A DNA stretch of 63,050 nt, counting the filler, from Hyphochytrium catenoides (taxonomy: Eukaryota; Protista; Hyphochytriomycota), in NCBI GenBank assembly GCA_900088475.1. It is 7 parts of 7 records of this genome, joined end to end, with 100 filler letters (N's around TTAATTAATTAA, not from the genome) between each part and the next. Parts side by side here need not be neighbours in the genome. Positions count along the whole stretch, not along the records: positions 47,915 to 59,966 come from FLMG01002833.1; positions 60,067 to 63,050 come from FLMG01004462.1; 5 more parts are not named here. One strand, 5' to 3'. The notes under the pieces are model-generated. The model was not told where the DNA came from. It saw only the letters and a program-made list of their open reading frames with translations, and made no database searches. Positions 49,021 to 61,650 of the stretch are shown here, in pieces (within the stretch, counting starts at the first letter, position 1; each line of letters opens with the position of its first letter). Position numbers and translations under genes: made by a program.

Positions 49021-51383
49021 GCGAGAGAGGGAGGAAAGAAGAGGGAGAGAGAGGAGACGAGAGAGGAACATAAGGGTTCTCTTTCCCTTGTGGGAGGGCG
49101 AAGCGGTGTGTTCTCCAAGTTCCCCGTCCGTTATTTACTGCAAAAGAACACCAAGCCGCAGGTGCGTACGACCACGTTGGTAGCTGTGTATCACTTGAGC
49201 GTACACTACCTTCACATGACACGAAATGAGGAATGTTGCACCGAGGATAACGTCTCTTATTTTTGGCTAAGATGCTTGTCTGTTTATCTTCCTCCAGCCC
49301 GCAGCGCCTTTGCTACTGATCATCGTTGTTATCTTAATTATTGACAGCGTCTGTTGTTGGTCTCCTTCTTCTGCTGTCTCTACTATCTTTGCCTTCAGCT
49401 GTTCTTCGTCAATTGGCCATGCAGCCTGCTGCTGCTGCTTGCTGCTGCTGCTTCTTGGTGCATCCTCTATATAATGCATGTGGAAGTAGACTATTCTTCT
49501 TTCTACTTTTCCGTGTGCGTGTTATTACTCCTTGACTGCTGCTGGGGTGCTGCTCCTATCATCAGTAGACTGACTCCGCGGTAGGAGAAGGGGAAACAGA
49601 CAGCAGAAGAGTATGTTCTTGTCTTCCACCTCTAATAACGACATTCCCTAAGTCATGCTTGTCTTCTGTTCCAAAGGTTGTCCCTGTGGCTTATCATAAC
49701 TTAGCAGCAATTGCTGTTCAGACTTTTGCTCTTCGTTCTAGTTTAGAATATTCTACGCGTAGAATACATCTGGCTGAGCGGCTAGTGGGCTACTCAGCCA
49801 CAGGGAAGTAGGACCGCCACGAAGGTTCAAGAGTGGGAAGAAGTTGGAGAATGTGAGGGAGTTATGCGGCAGCATATATGCAAAAACGACCAAAAGATTG
49901 CTTACTATGTTCTCATATAAAGATATAAATAACAAGGGACCGGTGCAGCGTTAAACAGTCCCGATAATCGCCTTCTTTTGAACTCTGAGAGAAGAATGAT
50001 CTCTTGTTGTCGACTGTACTCCTCTGGACGCTTCTGCTGCCTTTGAAGCGAGAAGATAAGAAAGGGAGTCCCTTTCTCCCAACCCACTGCTCTGTCTACC
50101 CTATCTTTGCTTCTTGATCACGGTTTCACTCTCTTTCTATAGTTGACCCCTCTTTATAAGTCCTTGACATCCTCCAGGTCGCCCGCAGCCCCAAAGTGTG
50201 AGCCTTCATTTCGCCTCCTTGCTGCTCGGTCTCTGTCTGCCTCCCTCTGGACCGCGCTCTTCCTTGAGTCTGGAATAACGGTGGCCAGCGTCCTGTCTAT
50301 CGAGTCCGTCACTTTCTCCTTGGCTCTTGTGGCTATCCCTTTTTGACTGTTTGGAGTGGTCTCTTCTTCAATCTGCTGGGACAGATCTTTGCGCCACAGG
50401 TCTGTCATATTTCTCTTTGGTGACGAATCGGACGACGCTAGTAGTAGTATAGGGAAGGGAACACTGTCGGTCAACTTCTCCTCCTTCAAACCTAAGTGAG
50501 TGTCTCTCTTTGTTGCTGGTTGGGAAAGGAAAATTTAAGTCTGAGGGCTGGATGGCAGGTCATCCGCAAACTTCAATAGTGGAGGTATGAAGGGCCCACC
50601 CACGGCAGTCAGGGAACTCAGTTCTCTTCTGAATGTGCACGGAGGAACACCCTTCCTAGTATTGGAAGAATGTTCGAAGCAGCCACAGACAACCAGCCCA
50701 AAAGAAATGACCAGGAGAAGGGCGCACAACAAGCGGGATGATGAAAATTAAGGGAGCTGGCGAAGAGCTGACAGTCAGTCATCAGAGCCACGTTAGAACT
50801 GCGCGATTGAAATTGGGAGGGAGAAAGAGCGAACAGAGCCATCTAGTAACCTTCAGTGCAGTTGCAAGGCTGCCTCCCCCTCCTGACCTGACGACGTGAG
50901 GCCGAGGAGCACTGAAAAGATGAAAGCGAAGCAGGAGAAGAGGAGCAGATCTTTCTTCTCTGTCCTCCGCCCGGTCGATGGAGGATGAAGATCAAAGAAC
51001 AACAGCAGGAGAATTATGTGCGAAGTCCGGAGAAAGGTGACGGTTCCGCTACATAATACCAGGCGGAAACAGCACAAAGGGTGCCTAGGAAAATAAAGAC
51101 TTTGTGCTCGGTCAACCTCTCTTCCTGGACCACCACAACCAACCTCCCCCTATTCCCACTTTGTACACCGGTACTACACCCCTAAGAAATTTAACTTACT
51201 CCGTAATGAAGATCTACCCAACCCTAACAAACGTTACAACCTCTTTAATGGGGCCAAATGTGCATGACGAGGTTTGATTTATCTCTTTCTAGTTATCGCT
51301 GATGTTAAATAGATGATCTGATGTTGCGGGGAGCGAGAGCAGACGAAGACCAATTCCCAACCTTTTTGACCATCTGGTAACAG

Positions 51384-51433
<50 letters not shown>

Positions 51434-51983
51434 CATAGAGAAACCACTGAAAAGTGTCATGAGTCAACTGAGAGAGACAGAGAGAGACAGCCGTCCAAGG
51501 AGATCAGAAGCAAGAGGAAGCGCACTGGTTAAAGACAGACATCACAGAAGTCTGAGCATTGGAAGAAGAAGAGACCGTCTTTTGTCTTTGTGGAGGGACC
51601 CAGAAGGAGAGACATTTGAGAAAGAGAACCCATAAATCACATTGGAACAGAGGAAAGAAGGCTGCTGAAGCTTACAGAGAGAGAAAGGCCTTTGCCGATA
51701 AGGAACGTGACAAGTGTCCAACTCTCTCTCTCTCTCTCTCTCTCCAGCTCATCTCTCTCTCTCATACTCTTTCCCCCCTCCCTCTAGTGATAGTGCAACA
51801 GTAATTGGGAGGAGACACGCCATCTCTTCCTTGGTGCGTCGCTAGAAGAACTTAGGGAAGGCTCTTTCTCTCTTCTTTCTCTCTCTCTTCTCTTCAATGG
51901 AAAGGCCAACCACTTTCCATCGAGAGAGAGAGAGAGGATAATCCTGCGTTTATAACAGACACAAAAGAGAGAGAGAGAGAGAG

Positions 51984-53264
51984 ATGTCAACCCGCAGTGG
52001 AAGGTCAGAGAGCGATGCGAGCAGCTCAGATATGGACGATGACAAGAAGAAGAAGCGCCGGCAAGAGCTCAATGAGCTGGAGAAGATCCGCGTGATGAAG
52101 ATCAATGAGCAGATGGATCACCTGAGAAATATTGTGGAGACAGCTGGCATCGCCACGAAGAGAGACAAGTACTCTATCCTTTCCAATACTCTCGGCTATG
52201 TGGAAGATCTTCAGCGTCAGGTAGCTGGAGACAATGCCTCGCTCTTATCTCTGTGTCACTCGTCCGTCATCTCTCTTAGGGACGCATCGTCAGGAAGGAT
52301 GCTCAGATGACCTTTCTCTCCCCCTCTCTCTCTCTAGCGATCTTCTCCCGCTCTCTTTCTCTCTCTCTTTTGCCCCTCCTGCTTGTGCCAATTAAGGCTA
52401 CTTCTGTCTCTTTGACGTGCCAACCCTTTCCCGTTTATCTCAAGCTGCCTTGTGCATGTGGCTCAGGGCCGGCTCTCTTCTTCTCTCTCTCTTCTTTTTT
52501 TTTTGGCTCTCTCTATCTCTATCTACCTGTAGTCTCTCGCTCTGCTGCGCTCTTCTTCTCTTACAGTATTCCTTTCTCTTTTGCAGGTAGCTGCTTACGA
52601 AGACAAGCTAGCCGAACTAAACTCAGCCAAATCGGCTATGGTCACAGCGCCACCAGCTGCTGTGGCAATCCCAGCGATCGAAGAACCAACAGGCGTGTAC
52701 AGTTCGTCTGCCGTCTTTCTCTCTCCCTCTTCACTCCCGTCTACTCTCCCTCCCACAAGTATGCCTCTCTCCGAAGCCAGTACAAGCGTCGTTACTCCTC
52801 TAAAAAGAGAGGAAGACACGGTCTTCGAGTCTTTCTTCCGCGATGCGGGCGTCCCGATGGTGGTGACAGGGCTAGACTCCCAGTTTTTAGAGTGCAACAG
52901 ACAGTTCTCTCTCCTCTCTGGATACAGCAGCGAAGAGCTGCGGCGGTTCTCTCTCTTCAACATCACGCCTGCAGAAGATATTCCGCATGTGTACGAGATC
53001 TTCGACAAGATGCTAGGCGGAGAGATGAAGAGCATCCAAATCTGGAATCGATGCCGTTTCCGAGGAGGAGAGATCATTGCCAATCTGACCGTGACACTGA
53101 TTCAGAATGCCGCGGGTGAGCCCTTATATTTCCACTTCATCGTGCTCCCGATCACGGATACGTCAGGGGTGAAAGGCCTGCAGAATGCGATGGAGCTGAA
53201 AGGCGGGGGAAAGATGGAGCAGAGCCCTTCCGCGTGTGGCCTGAAGACAAAGACAACAAGCTGA
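51984..53264 (+). CDS. bHLH-PAS transcription factor; exons 51984-52220 and 52587-53264, about 304 aa
   Basis: bHLH RRQELNELEKIRVMKINEQMDHLR...KRDKYSILSNTLGYVEDLQ. PAS FESFFRDAGVPMVVTGLDSQFLECNRQFSLLSGYSSEEL...ITPAED. Phase-0 GT-AG intron. Confidence 0.9.
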
Positions 53265-53274
53265 AGAGAGAGAG

Positions 53275-53305
<31 letters not shown>

Positions 53306-53974
53306 AAGAAGAGATAACGGCTGGAGGCGAGACAAGAAGAGAGAGGATTTATTAGGAAGGGTTGCAAGAGGTAAAAAGGAAGAGCGTAAGCGGAAGAAGG
53401 CCATGACGAAGTTCCTTTCTCTTCTCGTCCTTTCTACTGCTTGTCCACCAGCTGCATTGTCCTCTGCATCTCTTTCTCTGGCAGATAGATGGTCAGAGAG
53501 AGAAAGAGAGAATACCACAGAGAGAGTATCGTGGGGTTTGGCTCATCCGTATAGAGAGATCCCAAGCTACTCCAGCTCACTGGCCACTGCGGCATAGAAA
53601 GAACCAGTCTCTCTCTCTCTCTACCTAGAAGGAGGGAAAGAACCAAGGAGAGAGAGAGAGAGAGAGAGAGAGAAAGAATATGCTCTGCTGAAGGTTCTGA
53701 TGTAAATAGAGTACCATTATGCTTCTTCCTTTCTATCGTACATATCTTGCGCTTGTCTCATGCTGGTCCTTTAGCCTAATAGAGGGACAAAGTGTAGGCG
53801 GGAGGCAGAGAATAGGATATTTCAAGGGATAGAGAGAGGGAGATGAAGGATAAACGAGAGAGAGAAAGGGAGAGAGAAGAGGAGGTATCTTCCTGTAGAC
53901 AAGCGCAAGTAACAGAAGACACCCACTCCATTCAGAAACAAGCAAGAGCCAAAGGAAAGAGAGAAGGGCAAGTC

Positions 53975-54009
<35 letters not shown>

Positions 54010-54089
54010 AGCAGTGCCTGCTGACGCGGCCAAGAGAGAGAAAACGTCGAAGTCGTGTCCTCAAGTCTCTCCTCAAACCGATTCTTCGC

Positions 54090-55595
54090 CTAAATGTCAT
54101 CTCTCCGTCTGAGGACAATAAGACGGGGAAAATGTAGGTCAGGATCGTAGTCTGGATCACCCAAAAATTGCTGGTGCAGTGAGAGAAGAGACGCGTCCGT
54201 CTCTTCCTGCCATACAAAGACAGAGGCGGCAAGAGAGAGAAAGTCTCTCATTGTCCCTCCTCGCTCTGGCTGAACCAAAACAGCGAAGCCTGAGGGAGAG
54301 AGAAGAGAAGAGAGAACATGGAGAAGATCTTGGTGGTACTCCTTGAAGAAAAGACAATCAGCGGCAATGATGACATCAAAGTCTTCCCGATCTTCTTCCT
54401 CTCTCTCCCTATCAGGACGTCCCTTCTCTCTTCTCTCTCTTTTTCCTGATCCTAGGGTCAACAGCATATCTTCTCGAGAAAGAGACCGAGACCAGACAAG
54501 TCTCTCTCCCTTGAGAAGAGAGAGAGGTATCGCTCTTCTCTTCTCATTCTCCTCAATGCAAAGCCTAAGGTTTTTCACTGCTGCCTTGTTCCCGTCTGTC
54601 ACTACGACGGAGAGAGGAGAGAGAGAAGCGGCAACGACGTGTGCCGCTATTCCGCACATTCCTCCTCCTAATTCGAGGATTCTCTTCCCTTGCAGTCTCT
54701 CTCTCTCTTGCACTCTTTTCTCTCTCTCTAAGAGAAAGAAAGAAAGAACTTCTTCGGCTGCCCAGGTCCTAATGTTCCCAGTATTATCCACGCCATCATT
54801 GTAAGCGTGAGAGAAGAGCTCTTGGAGAGAGAGAAGAACTGGACGACGTTGACGGAACTCTAATGTGGCTGGAGAGAGAGAGAGAGACCCTTCTTTCTCT
54901 CTCTCTTTCTCGGAAGGATGTCTCTCTTCGCCTCGGTCAGCTCTTGCTTTGCTATCGCCAGAGAGAGAGAGCTCTATCCTGTCATAATATTCTCCGCCCT
55001 GCGAGGAAGAGTCGAATCTTGGGAGCTCTATAGAAGGAAATCCAGGAAGAGAGAGAGAGAGAGAGTCGAGGGGAGAGAGAGAAGGAAACAAAGAGAGAGA
55101 GAGAATGAGCTCTATCTGCGGAAGGCCGTTACTTGGTGACAAGGAGGTCCGGACCTGCTGTAGAGAGAAGTGTCCTCTCTCTTCAAGCTCCGAAGCGAAA
55201 AGAAGACATTTCTCTAGGGCACGACCTCCTCTGCCTCTAAGAACAACTTCCAAGAGAGAGACCGTTGTGGAGGAAGAGACAGAAGAAGGAGAGAAAGAGA
55301 GAGAGACTACCTTCTCTCGAAGAAGATGATAAAGTCTGCCATAGAGCTGCGGAAGAGAGTTTTTTCTGGAGACAAAGAGATAAACTCTGTCTCTCCAGGG
55401 ACCTACCGTCCTCTTCGGAAGAAGGTAGAAGCCTTTATGTCTGGCACAGGAAATATCTTGACCTCTCTCTTCTCCCGCAGTCTCTCTCTCCTCTCTTTCT
55501 CTCCTTCTTCCCGAAGCAGTCGCCCGAAGAAGCGCTGATCGCAGGAGACGCCACTTTGAAGGCTGATCACGCTTCTCAGCGCTCGTTGAGGACAT
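54090..55595 (-). CDS. CAMKMT: Calmodulin-lysine N-methyltransferase
   Basis: KWRLLRSAL, DNTGNIRTWAAEEVL, ILELGGGM, VTDGN, FDVIIAADCLFF and YDPDLHFPRLI motifs. Confidence 0.88.
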   Translation of the reverse strand: MSSTSAEKRDQPSKWRLLRSALLRATASGRRREREERETAGEERGQDISCARHKGFYLLPKRTVGPWRDRVYLFVSRKNSLPQLYGRLYHLLREKVVSLSFSPSSVSSSTTVSLLEVVLRGRGGRALEKCLLFASELEERGHFSLQQVRTSLSPSNGLPQIELILSLSLFPSLSPLDSLSLSLPGFPSIELPRFDSSSQGGEYYDRIELSLSGDSKARADRGEERHPSEKEREKEGSLSLSPATLEFRQRRPVLLSLQELFSHAYNDGVDNTGNIRTWAAEEVLSFFLLEREKRVQERERLQGKRILELGGGMCGIAAHVVAASLSPLSVVVTDGNKAAVKNLRLCIEENEKRRAIPLSLLKGERLVWSRSLSREDMLLTLGSGKRERREKGRPDREREEEDREDFDVIIAADCLFFKEYHQDLLHVLSSLLSPSGFAVLVQPERGGTMRDFLSLAASVFVWQEETDASLLSLHQQFLGDPDYDPDLHFPRLIVLRRRDDI

Positions 55596-55627
55596 ACTAC
55601 TGAGGAGCTATTGGATATGGCTCAAGA

Positions 55628-55691
<64 letters not shown>

Positions 55692-56076
55692 GAGAGATAG
55701 CAAGAGCAAGAAGAGAGAGAGGAAAGAGAAACAGCTGGTGACAGAGAGAGAGAGAGGCTAAGACACCTTCCAAGAAGGCTGCTCTTAGAAGAGAAAGAGT
55801 CTTATGGTCTTATGGGAGAGAGACAGTCCTCTTAGATGATGTGGGAGAGAAAGAGAGTGAAAGTTATGAAGCTCACTGGGAGAGTCTGCCAGCAGGGTGA
55901 ACGGGCGAGAGCGAGAGCGAGAGAGAGCGAAAGAAAATGAGAGAGAGAGAGAGAGAGGGAGAAACCAAGGGAGACAGAGGAGAGACCCAAACCCTTGGTG
56001 GAACTGCCATCATATCTTTGCCGTTAGCCTCTCCTGCAGGCGTTACGGATCAGAATCTAGTCCGACTGATCTTGCG

Positions 56077-56132
<56 letters not shown>

Positions 56133-56493
56133 GTGTCTCTCTCTGTCTGTCTTTCTGTCTCTATCTATCTATCTCCCCTCTCTTCTCTCCCTCTCTCTAC
56201 ATATCTATCTACCGCGCACTCTCTCTCTCTCTCTCTCTCTACCACGCATGCTCTCTGTCTAGCTCTCTTCCCCGGTCTCTCCCTCGTGATAATGTCTCTT
56301 CTCGTCTGTTTCCCTCTCTCAATTATTCAGAGCGCTTGTGATTATAAATATGGCCATAGAGGAGTAGATCATATCATCCCTGAGAGACGTCTCACAGCCC
56401 AAAAAATTCTCTTTCTCTCTCTCTCTCTCTCTCTCGCTCGCTCTCTCTCTCTTACCCTGTGTCTCTCTTGAACTATGTCACACTGGCCACGTG

Positions 56494-58747
56494 TCAGCTT
56501 CGTGAGACAAGCGCCACGTCTCTCAGCAAACTACTCGGGACTTCTCTCTCTTCACTATCGGTCTTCACAAGCTCCATCTCTTCTTTCTCTCTCTCTGTGT
56601 CCGGCTCTCTCCGCATACTATCTTCTTCCTGTCCTGTCTTCACCGGGAGAGAAGAAGAGAGACCGGAAGAGAGAGCTTTGAAGCTCTCGTGAAGAGAGAG
56701 AAAGTTCCCAATCTTCTCTCCTATCTCTTTCGAAAAGTCCCACATTTCTCTCTGGAGCTTGACCTCATCTACTTTCCCTCTCTCTTCGTCCTCTGTCAGG
56801 AACTGAGAGAAGTTTGAATGAGGGACACTCACCATCCTCACCCGTATTCTCTCTCTCTCTCTCTCTTCCTCTCTACCTACGTCTCCCTCTTTCTCCTTCT
56901 CTTCCTTTCCCCCCTGGATGGACCAGGTCTCTCTCTCTGTCTCTCTCTCTCTCTTTTCTCCTATTGCTCTAAGGCGCTTCACGACCTTTTCTATATCTTT
57001 CCCTGTCACTCTCTCTCCATCAATCTCAGCCACTGCATCGCCTGTCTTTATGCCCCAGGAGGCGGCGTATCCTCCAGGATCCACTCTGTCCACTCGAATA
57101 GTAGAAGAGAGAGAGTGAAGAGTCATCCCGATGCTTTCACATTCTCTCTCTTTTAGCGTCTCTCCATCCAACTCTACCTCGTAGACAAGCGGGTTCTCTT
57201 CTCCTTCTCCCTCCTCTCTCTCTCCTGCCAGTCCATTGATATCTTGCAGGGATCGTCGCCGATTGTGCAGAGAGTAAAAAGAAGGAGAGAGCTGTTCTTC
57301 TCTCTCTCCCTCGTCGTCATCTATCTCTTCCCTCCTGTCCGTCGGACTCTCCACGAGAGAGAGAGAACTCTGTTTGCTGAGATCTGCATCTGAGGAAGAG
57401 CTGGTTGATGATTGACAGTCGTCTTCCCGCAAGAGAGGGCGGCTGCTTCCTTCTCTCTCTTCTTTCTCTCTCTTTGGAGTCCGAATGAGAGTGGATTGTC
57501 GCTCTTTATGTCTTCTCTCTTCGCTCTCTCGTGTAACTCCGAGCACTTCTTCTCTCGTCTCTTCTTCATGAAGTCTCTCTCTTGACCTTCCAGGAGAAGA
57601 AAGCGTGTTTCGGAAGAAAGCTCTGGATCTTAAGAGACTTCTACTCTCTGCAGGAGGAAGACGGCACGGTGAGGGTTAGCAAAGCATGTGGTGTATGAAA
57701 GAGAGAAAGGGCTAGGGAAAGAGGGAAAAGGAAAGAGAGGAGAAGAGAGAAGAGGAAAGAAGAGAGAGACACCAAGAGAGGAGATGGTGAAGGAGAGAAC
57801 GTGGAAGCATGAGAGGCAAGACGACAAAGAGCCGGGGCGCCACTTTGGCAATCTAAGGGCAAGAAGGGAGGGCAACTAATTGAAAGTAGAGTGAAGACGA
57901 GAGACCCAGAGGCAGTGACAGGGAATAAAGAGACAGAGAGAGAGGCAGCGAGAGAGACAGACAAAGAGAGACAGACAAAGAGAGAGAGAGGCAGAGGCAA
58001 TAGAGAGAAGAGAGAACAGGGGAGAGGGAGAGGCAATAGAGAGGGACACACAGACAATAAAGACACATAGAGAAGGAGAAAAGAGAGAGAGAGAGTGCGA
58101 GAAAGAGAGTGCAAGAGAGGAGACGCAGACACTGACAGTGAGACAGAGGAGAAACCGAGAGACAGATAAGAAAGGAGAGACCAACAAGAAGGGAGAGAAG
58201 CCCCGTTAAGAGAAGGAAAGAAAGCCTAGAAACCTCCCTAAAACTGACCAAAGATATTCCTCGGGCTAGCGAAGTTCCCTCCTGGACTCCCGAACTTGGC
58301 CAACGCGCTAAGCCATAGATTATGTTCCTCATTGGATTCCGCGCAGAGGAAGAGCTGCTGAAAGTCTGAGGTTTGAAGCAGAATGCCAAAGGGCTTCCCT
58401 TCCCAGGAGGAGGCAGAGATGACCTCTTGATGGGGGAAGAGGTTGAAAGGCCCAGTGCGCCAAGAGAGAGGGANNNNNNNNNNNNNNNNNNNNNNNNNNN
58501 NNNNNNNNNNNNNNNGAGAGAGAGAGAGAAGAGACACGGTCAAAGAGAGAATAAAGGGTCTGGAGAAACATTCCCACGTTTGATTACCTAGCCGATCCTC
58601 CTTTCGAGAGCCCTCTCTCGAGGATTCAACGCTGTCGTACAATTCAAGGATTGAGCCTGAGATAACCTAAGAAGAAGAATGTGAGCCATTGGGAATGTGA
58701 GCGGAGAAAGGGGTAAACCTCGCACTTCGAGAGGTACATAGAGAGAG

Positions 58748-58793
<46 letters not shown>

Positions 58794-59563
58794 AGAGAGG
58801 GAAAAAAGAAAGAGAGAGAGAGAGAGAGAGGAAAGCAAGAAAGAGAGAGAGCGGGAGAGAGCACAGAGACATAACAACAGAGAAAGAGACAGAGGGCTAG
58901 AGAGACAGAGAGAAAGGAGGACACAGGGCGGCGTGAAAGGCATAGCATAAGCACAGAGAGAGGGGCACAAAGAAGGGAGAGAGAGACAGACAGAGAGAGA
59001 GAGAGATAAGAAAAAAAGCAAAATGATCGAAACCAACGAAAGTCCTTGGAGGAGGACAACGATAAGGAAAGAGAGAGCCGCATACCGCATAGCAGCGCGT
59101 CCAGGTAGGGAACGGCCTCCGCTTTCTCATCAGATATCCTTCCATCCTCTTTGTGCCAGGGAGAAAAGAGGAGAGAGACTCTGACCCTTCCCAGTCTTGC
59201 TCTTCTCCCTCTCTCCCTCTCCTGGCCTCTTGCAAAATGGGGTTGAGAAAGTGTAGATACACTGTGAAATGACCGTGATAAGCCTCCACGAACTCCACAG
59301 TGCGATTGAGGAGAGGATTGAACCTAAGGAGGGAGAGACTGCAGTGTTAGATCAGCAGGGACGAGAGAGGAAAGGGAAGTCAAAGATAGAAGAAACGGAG
59401 AGGAAGAAGGAGAGAGAGCTCCGCTTGGCTTAGGGCACTCCGATGATGATGATAATAGATCATGAAGTTGGAAGAAGACTTGGTGACTTATAAGAGGAAC
59501 TTAAGAAAAGAGAAAGGAAGAAGAAGCAGTCCGAAAAAGAAAGAGAGAGAGAAAAGAGAGAAA

Positions 59564-59594
<31 letters not shown>

Positions 59595-59884
59595 GAGCTT
59601 CCTAAACAGCCTTCCGTTGAACGAAGGACCTCTGCCGCGAGGGGTTCCCTGTAAACATTTTACGTTCCCCCTAAAGCAACGGACCGAATGAACAAAAGAG
59701 ATAAAAGACGCTGCGTCGTTCTCTCTTTCCTCCTCCTCACCTCTCCAGCCTCGCATCATACAGCGTAGTTATCTCATCGCAGACTCTCGTGGTAGCAGAA
59801 TTATATTCCTCATTCGCTCCCTAGAAAACCCGAGCAGAGGTAATCAGCCCATGAACTTCAGGTCCAAATCTCTCTCCTTCTCTC

Positions 59885-59926
<42 letters not shown>

Positions 59927-59966
59927 CTTTACCTTCAGTTTGTTCATATTCCGTGTCATCTTCTCC
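56494..59966 (-). CDS. Multi-exon BAR-PH-PDZ domain protein (5' end in gap)
   Basis: Exons 59966-59933, 59820-59741, 59323-59086, 58666-58588, about 58460-58250 and about 57628-56494. These give a BAR-like helix (EKMTRNMNKLKGANEEY...TLYDARLERFNP), PH (MEGYLMRK...WTRCYAVISGSILELY...LCAESNEEHNLWLSAL) and PDZ (GMTL...VDPGGYAASWGIKTGDAVAEIDG). Confidence 0.75.
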
Positions 59967-60066
59967 NNNNNNNNNNNNNNNNNNNNNNNNNNNNNNNNNN
60001 NNNNNNNNNNTTAATTAATTAANNNNNNNNNNNNNNNNNNNNNNNNNNNNNNNNNNNNNNNNNNNN

Positions 60067-61650
60067 TGGTCCGGGTAACCCTTCCACTTCAGCAGGTATT
60101 GACGACGCCCTGTGAACAAACGTGTATCTAGTATTGCTTCTACCTCGGACTCCTCATGTCCATTGACTATGTCTGGCGGAGGCCTATCGTGTTTTGCCTG
60201 TGACTCCATAGGAGAAAGATGTTCCTTCAACTGCGAAACATGAAAGACAGGGTTGTGACTGTTTGTACGTAACCGGTAGATTAGGCGGTATGCGGTAGCC
60301 GAGATCACTCGTTCTATCGGAAAGGGCCCGGCCCGACAAACGCCTGGCCCAATTTGCGCTTCGGACGCGCCCGTTCGTAATGAGAAATCAGAGCGGAGGT
60401 TTTGACCAGGACCATATCGCCAACCTTAAAGCTGACATCTTGGCGATGAATAATGCTTGTTGGCCTGTAGTGCTTGAGCTTGTCGTGCCCATCGAAGAAT
60501 GTCCCGGGCTCTTTGTAGTCCTGTCTCAAGGACTTCTACGAAATCCTCCACTGCTAGCACAATTGTAGGTGCTAAGAGGTCCAGCGGCACCCGAGGCTGC
60601 TGCCCGGTATCGAGTTCGAAGGGAGAGAAACCCATAGAACTTTGGGTTGCATATTGATGGCGAACTCCGCCGCTGTTAGAAGCTCATCCCAATTGTCCAT
60701 GTTGAAGTTCGCATAGGCCCGAAGCGTTTCTTCCAACGTGCGATTCACCCGTTCTGTCTGACCATCGGTTTGAGGGTGTTGAGCCGAAGACAACGCCAAC
60801 TTAGTGCCCAAGAGTTGGAACAGACTGGTCCAAAACCGACTGGTGAACCGCGGATCACGATCTGATACGATAGACTCCGGGAGCCCGTGATGTCTAAAGA
60901 CATGATCGAAGAATAAGCGAGCTGTTTCCTCCGCATTGACCGTTGAATGGGTGGCCACAAGAATGACTCACTTGGACAACCGGTCTACAATAACCAATAG
61001 TGCATCGTGACCCCGCGTCGTCTGGGGCAGATCCATGATGAAATCCATTGAGACTGATCCCCGACTGGGCGAAGGGATGGCTAATGGCTGGAGTATCCTG
61101 TGAGTCGACTGTGTGGACGGCTTGGACCGCTGCCATCATGTAGGGAACCGAGCTACATAATTCTTGATAAACTTGTCCATCTGGGGGCCAGTAAAAGAAC
61201 TTCTGCGCCTGCTGATAGGTCTTCAGAAAGCCGAAGTGCCCCGCCGTAGGCACGTCGTGTAACTCTTCAAGAAGTTTTGCCCTAATCTTTGCATCGGTAG
61301 GTACACACACCCGTGACACGTGAGGGCACCAGCAAACCGGAAGGGGTCAGGACTTACTGTGACTGACGGTAGTGACGGGGAAGGGGCTGGTGTTGCTGCA
61401 GACAATGGACGATAACGCTAAATGTTGGATCCTCAGCATACGCAGCGATCAAACTCTTGCGGAGGGCGAGATCTAATGCTGGAAGAGAGAGGGAGAGAGT
61501 AGAGACCGCGACGGCCGGAGCCGCAACATCCGGGCGGCGAGGAAGTGCATCTGCGGTGAGGTTCTTTTCACCCGGCTGATAGACGATATCAAGGTCATAA
61601 TCAGCAAGAAAGTCTAACCACCGAAGGAGTCGTCGTGGGAGCTTGGCCTC
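60067..61650 (-). mobile_element. Decayed Ty3/Gypsy chromovirus fragment (RNase H end, integrase, chromodomain)
   Basis: RWLDFLADYDLDIVYQPG, LHDVPTAGHFG, HGLPESIVSDRDPRF, HPQTDGQTERVN, GPF, EVEAILD...YLLKWKGYP; several frameshifts. Confidence 0.92.

Noticed and set aside
47915-50500. Short minus-strand ORFs (49267-49479, 50154-50489)
   Set aside because: No recognisable domain or consistent splice model.
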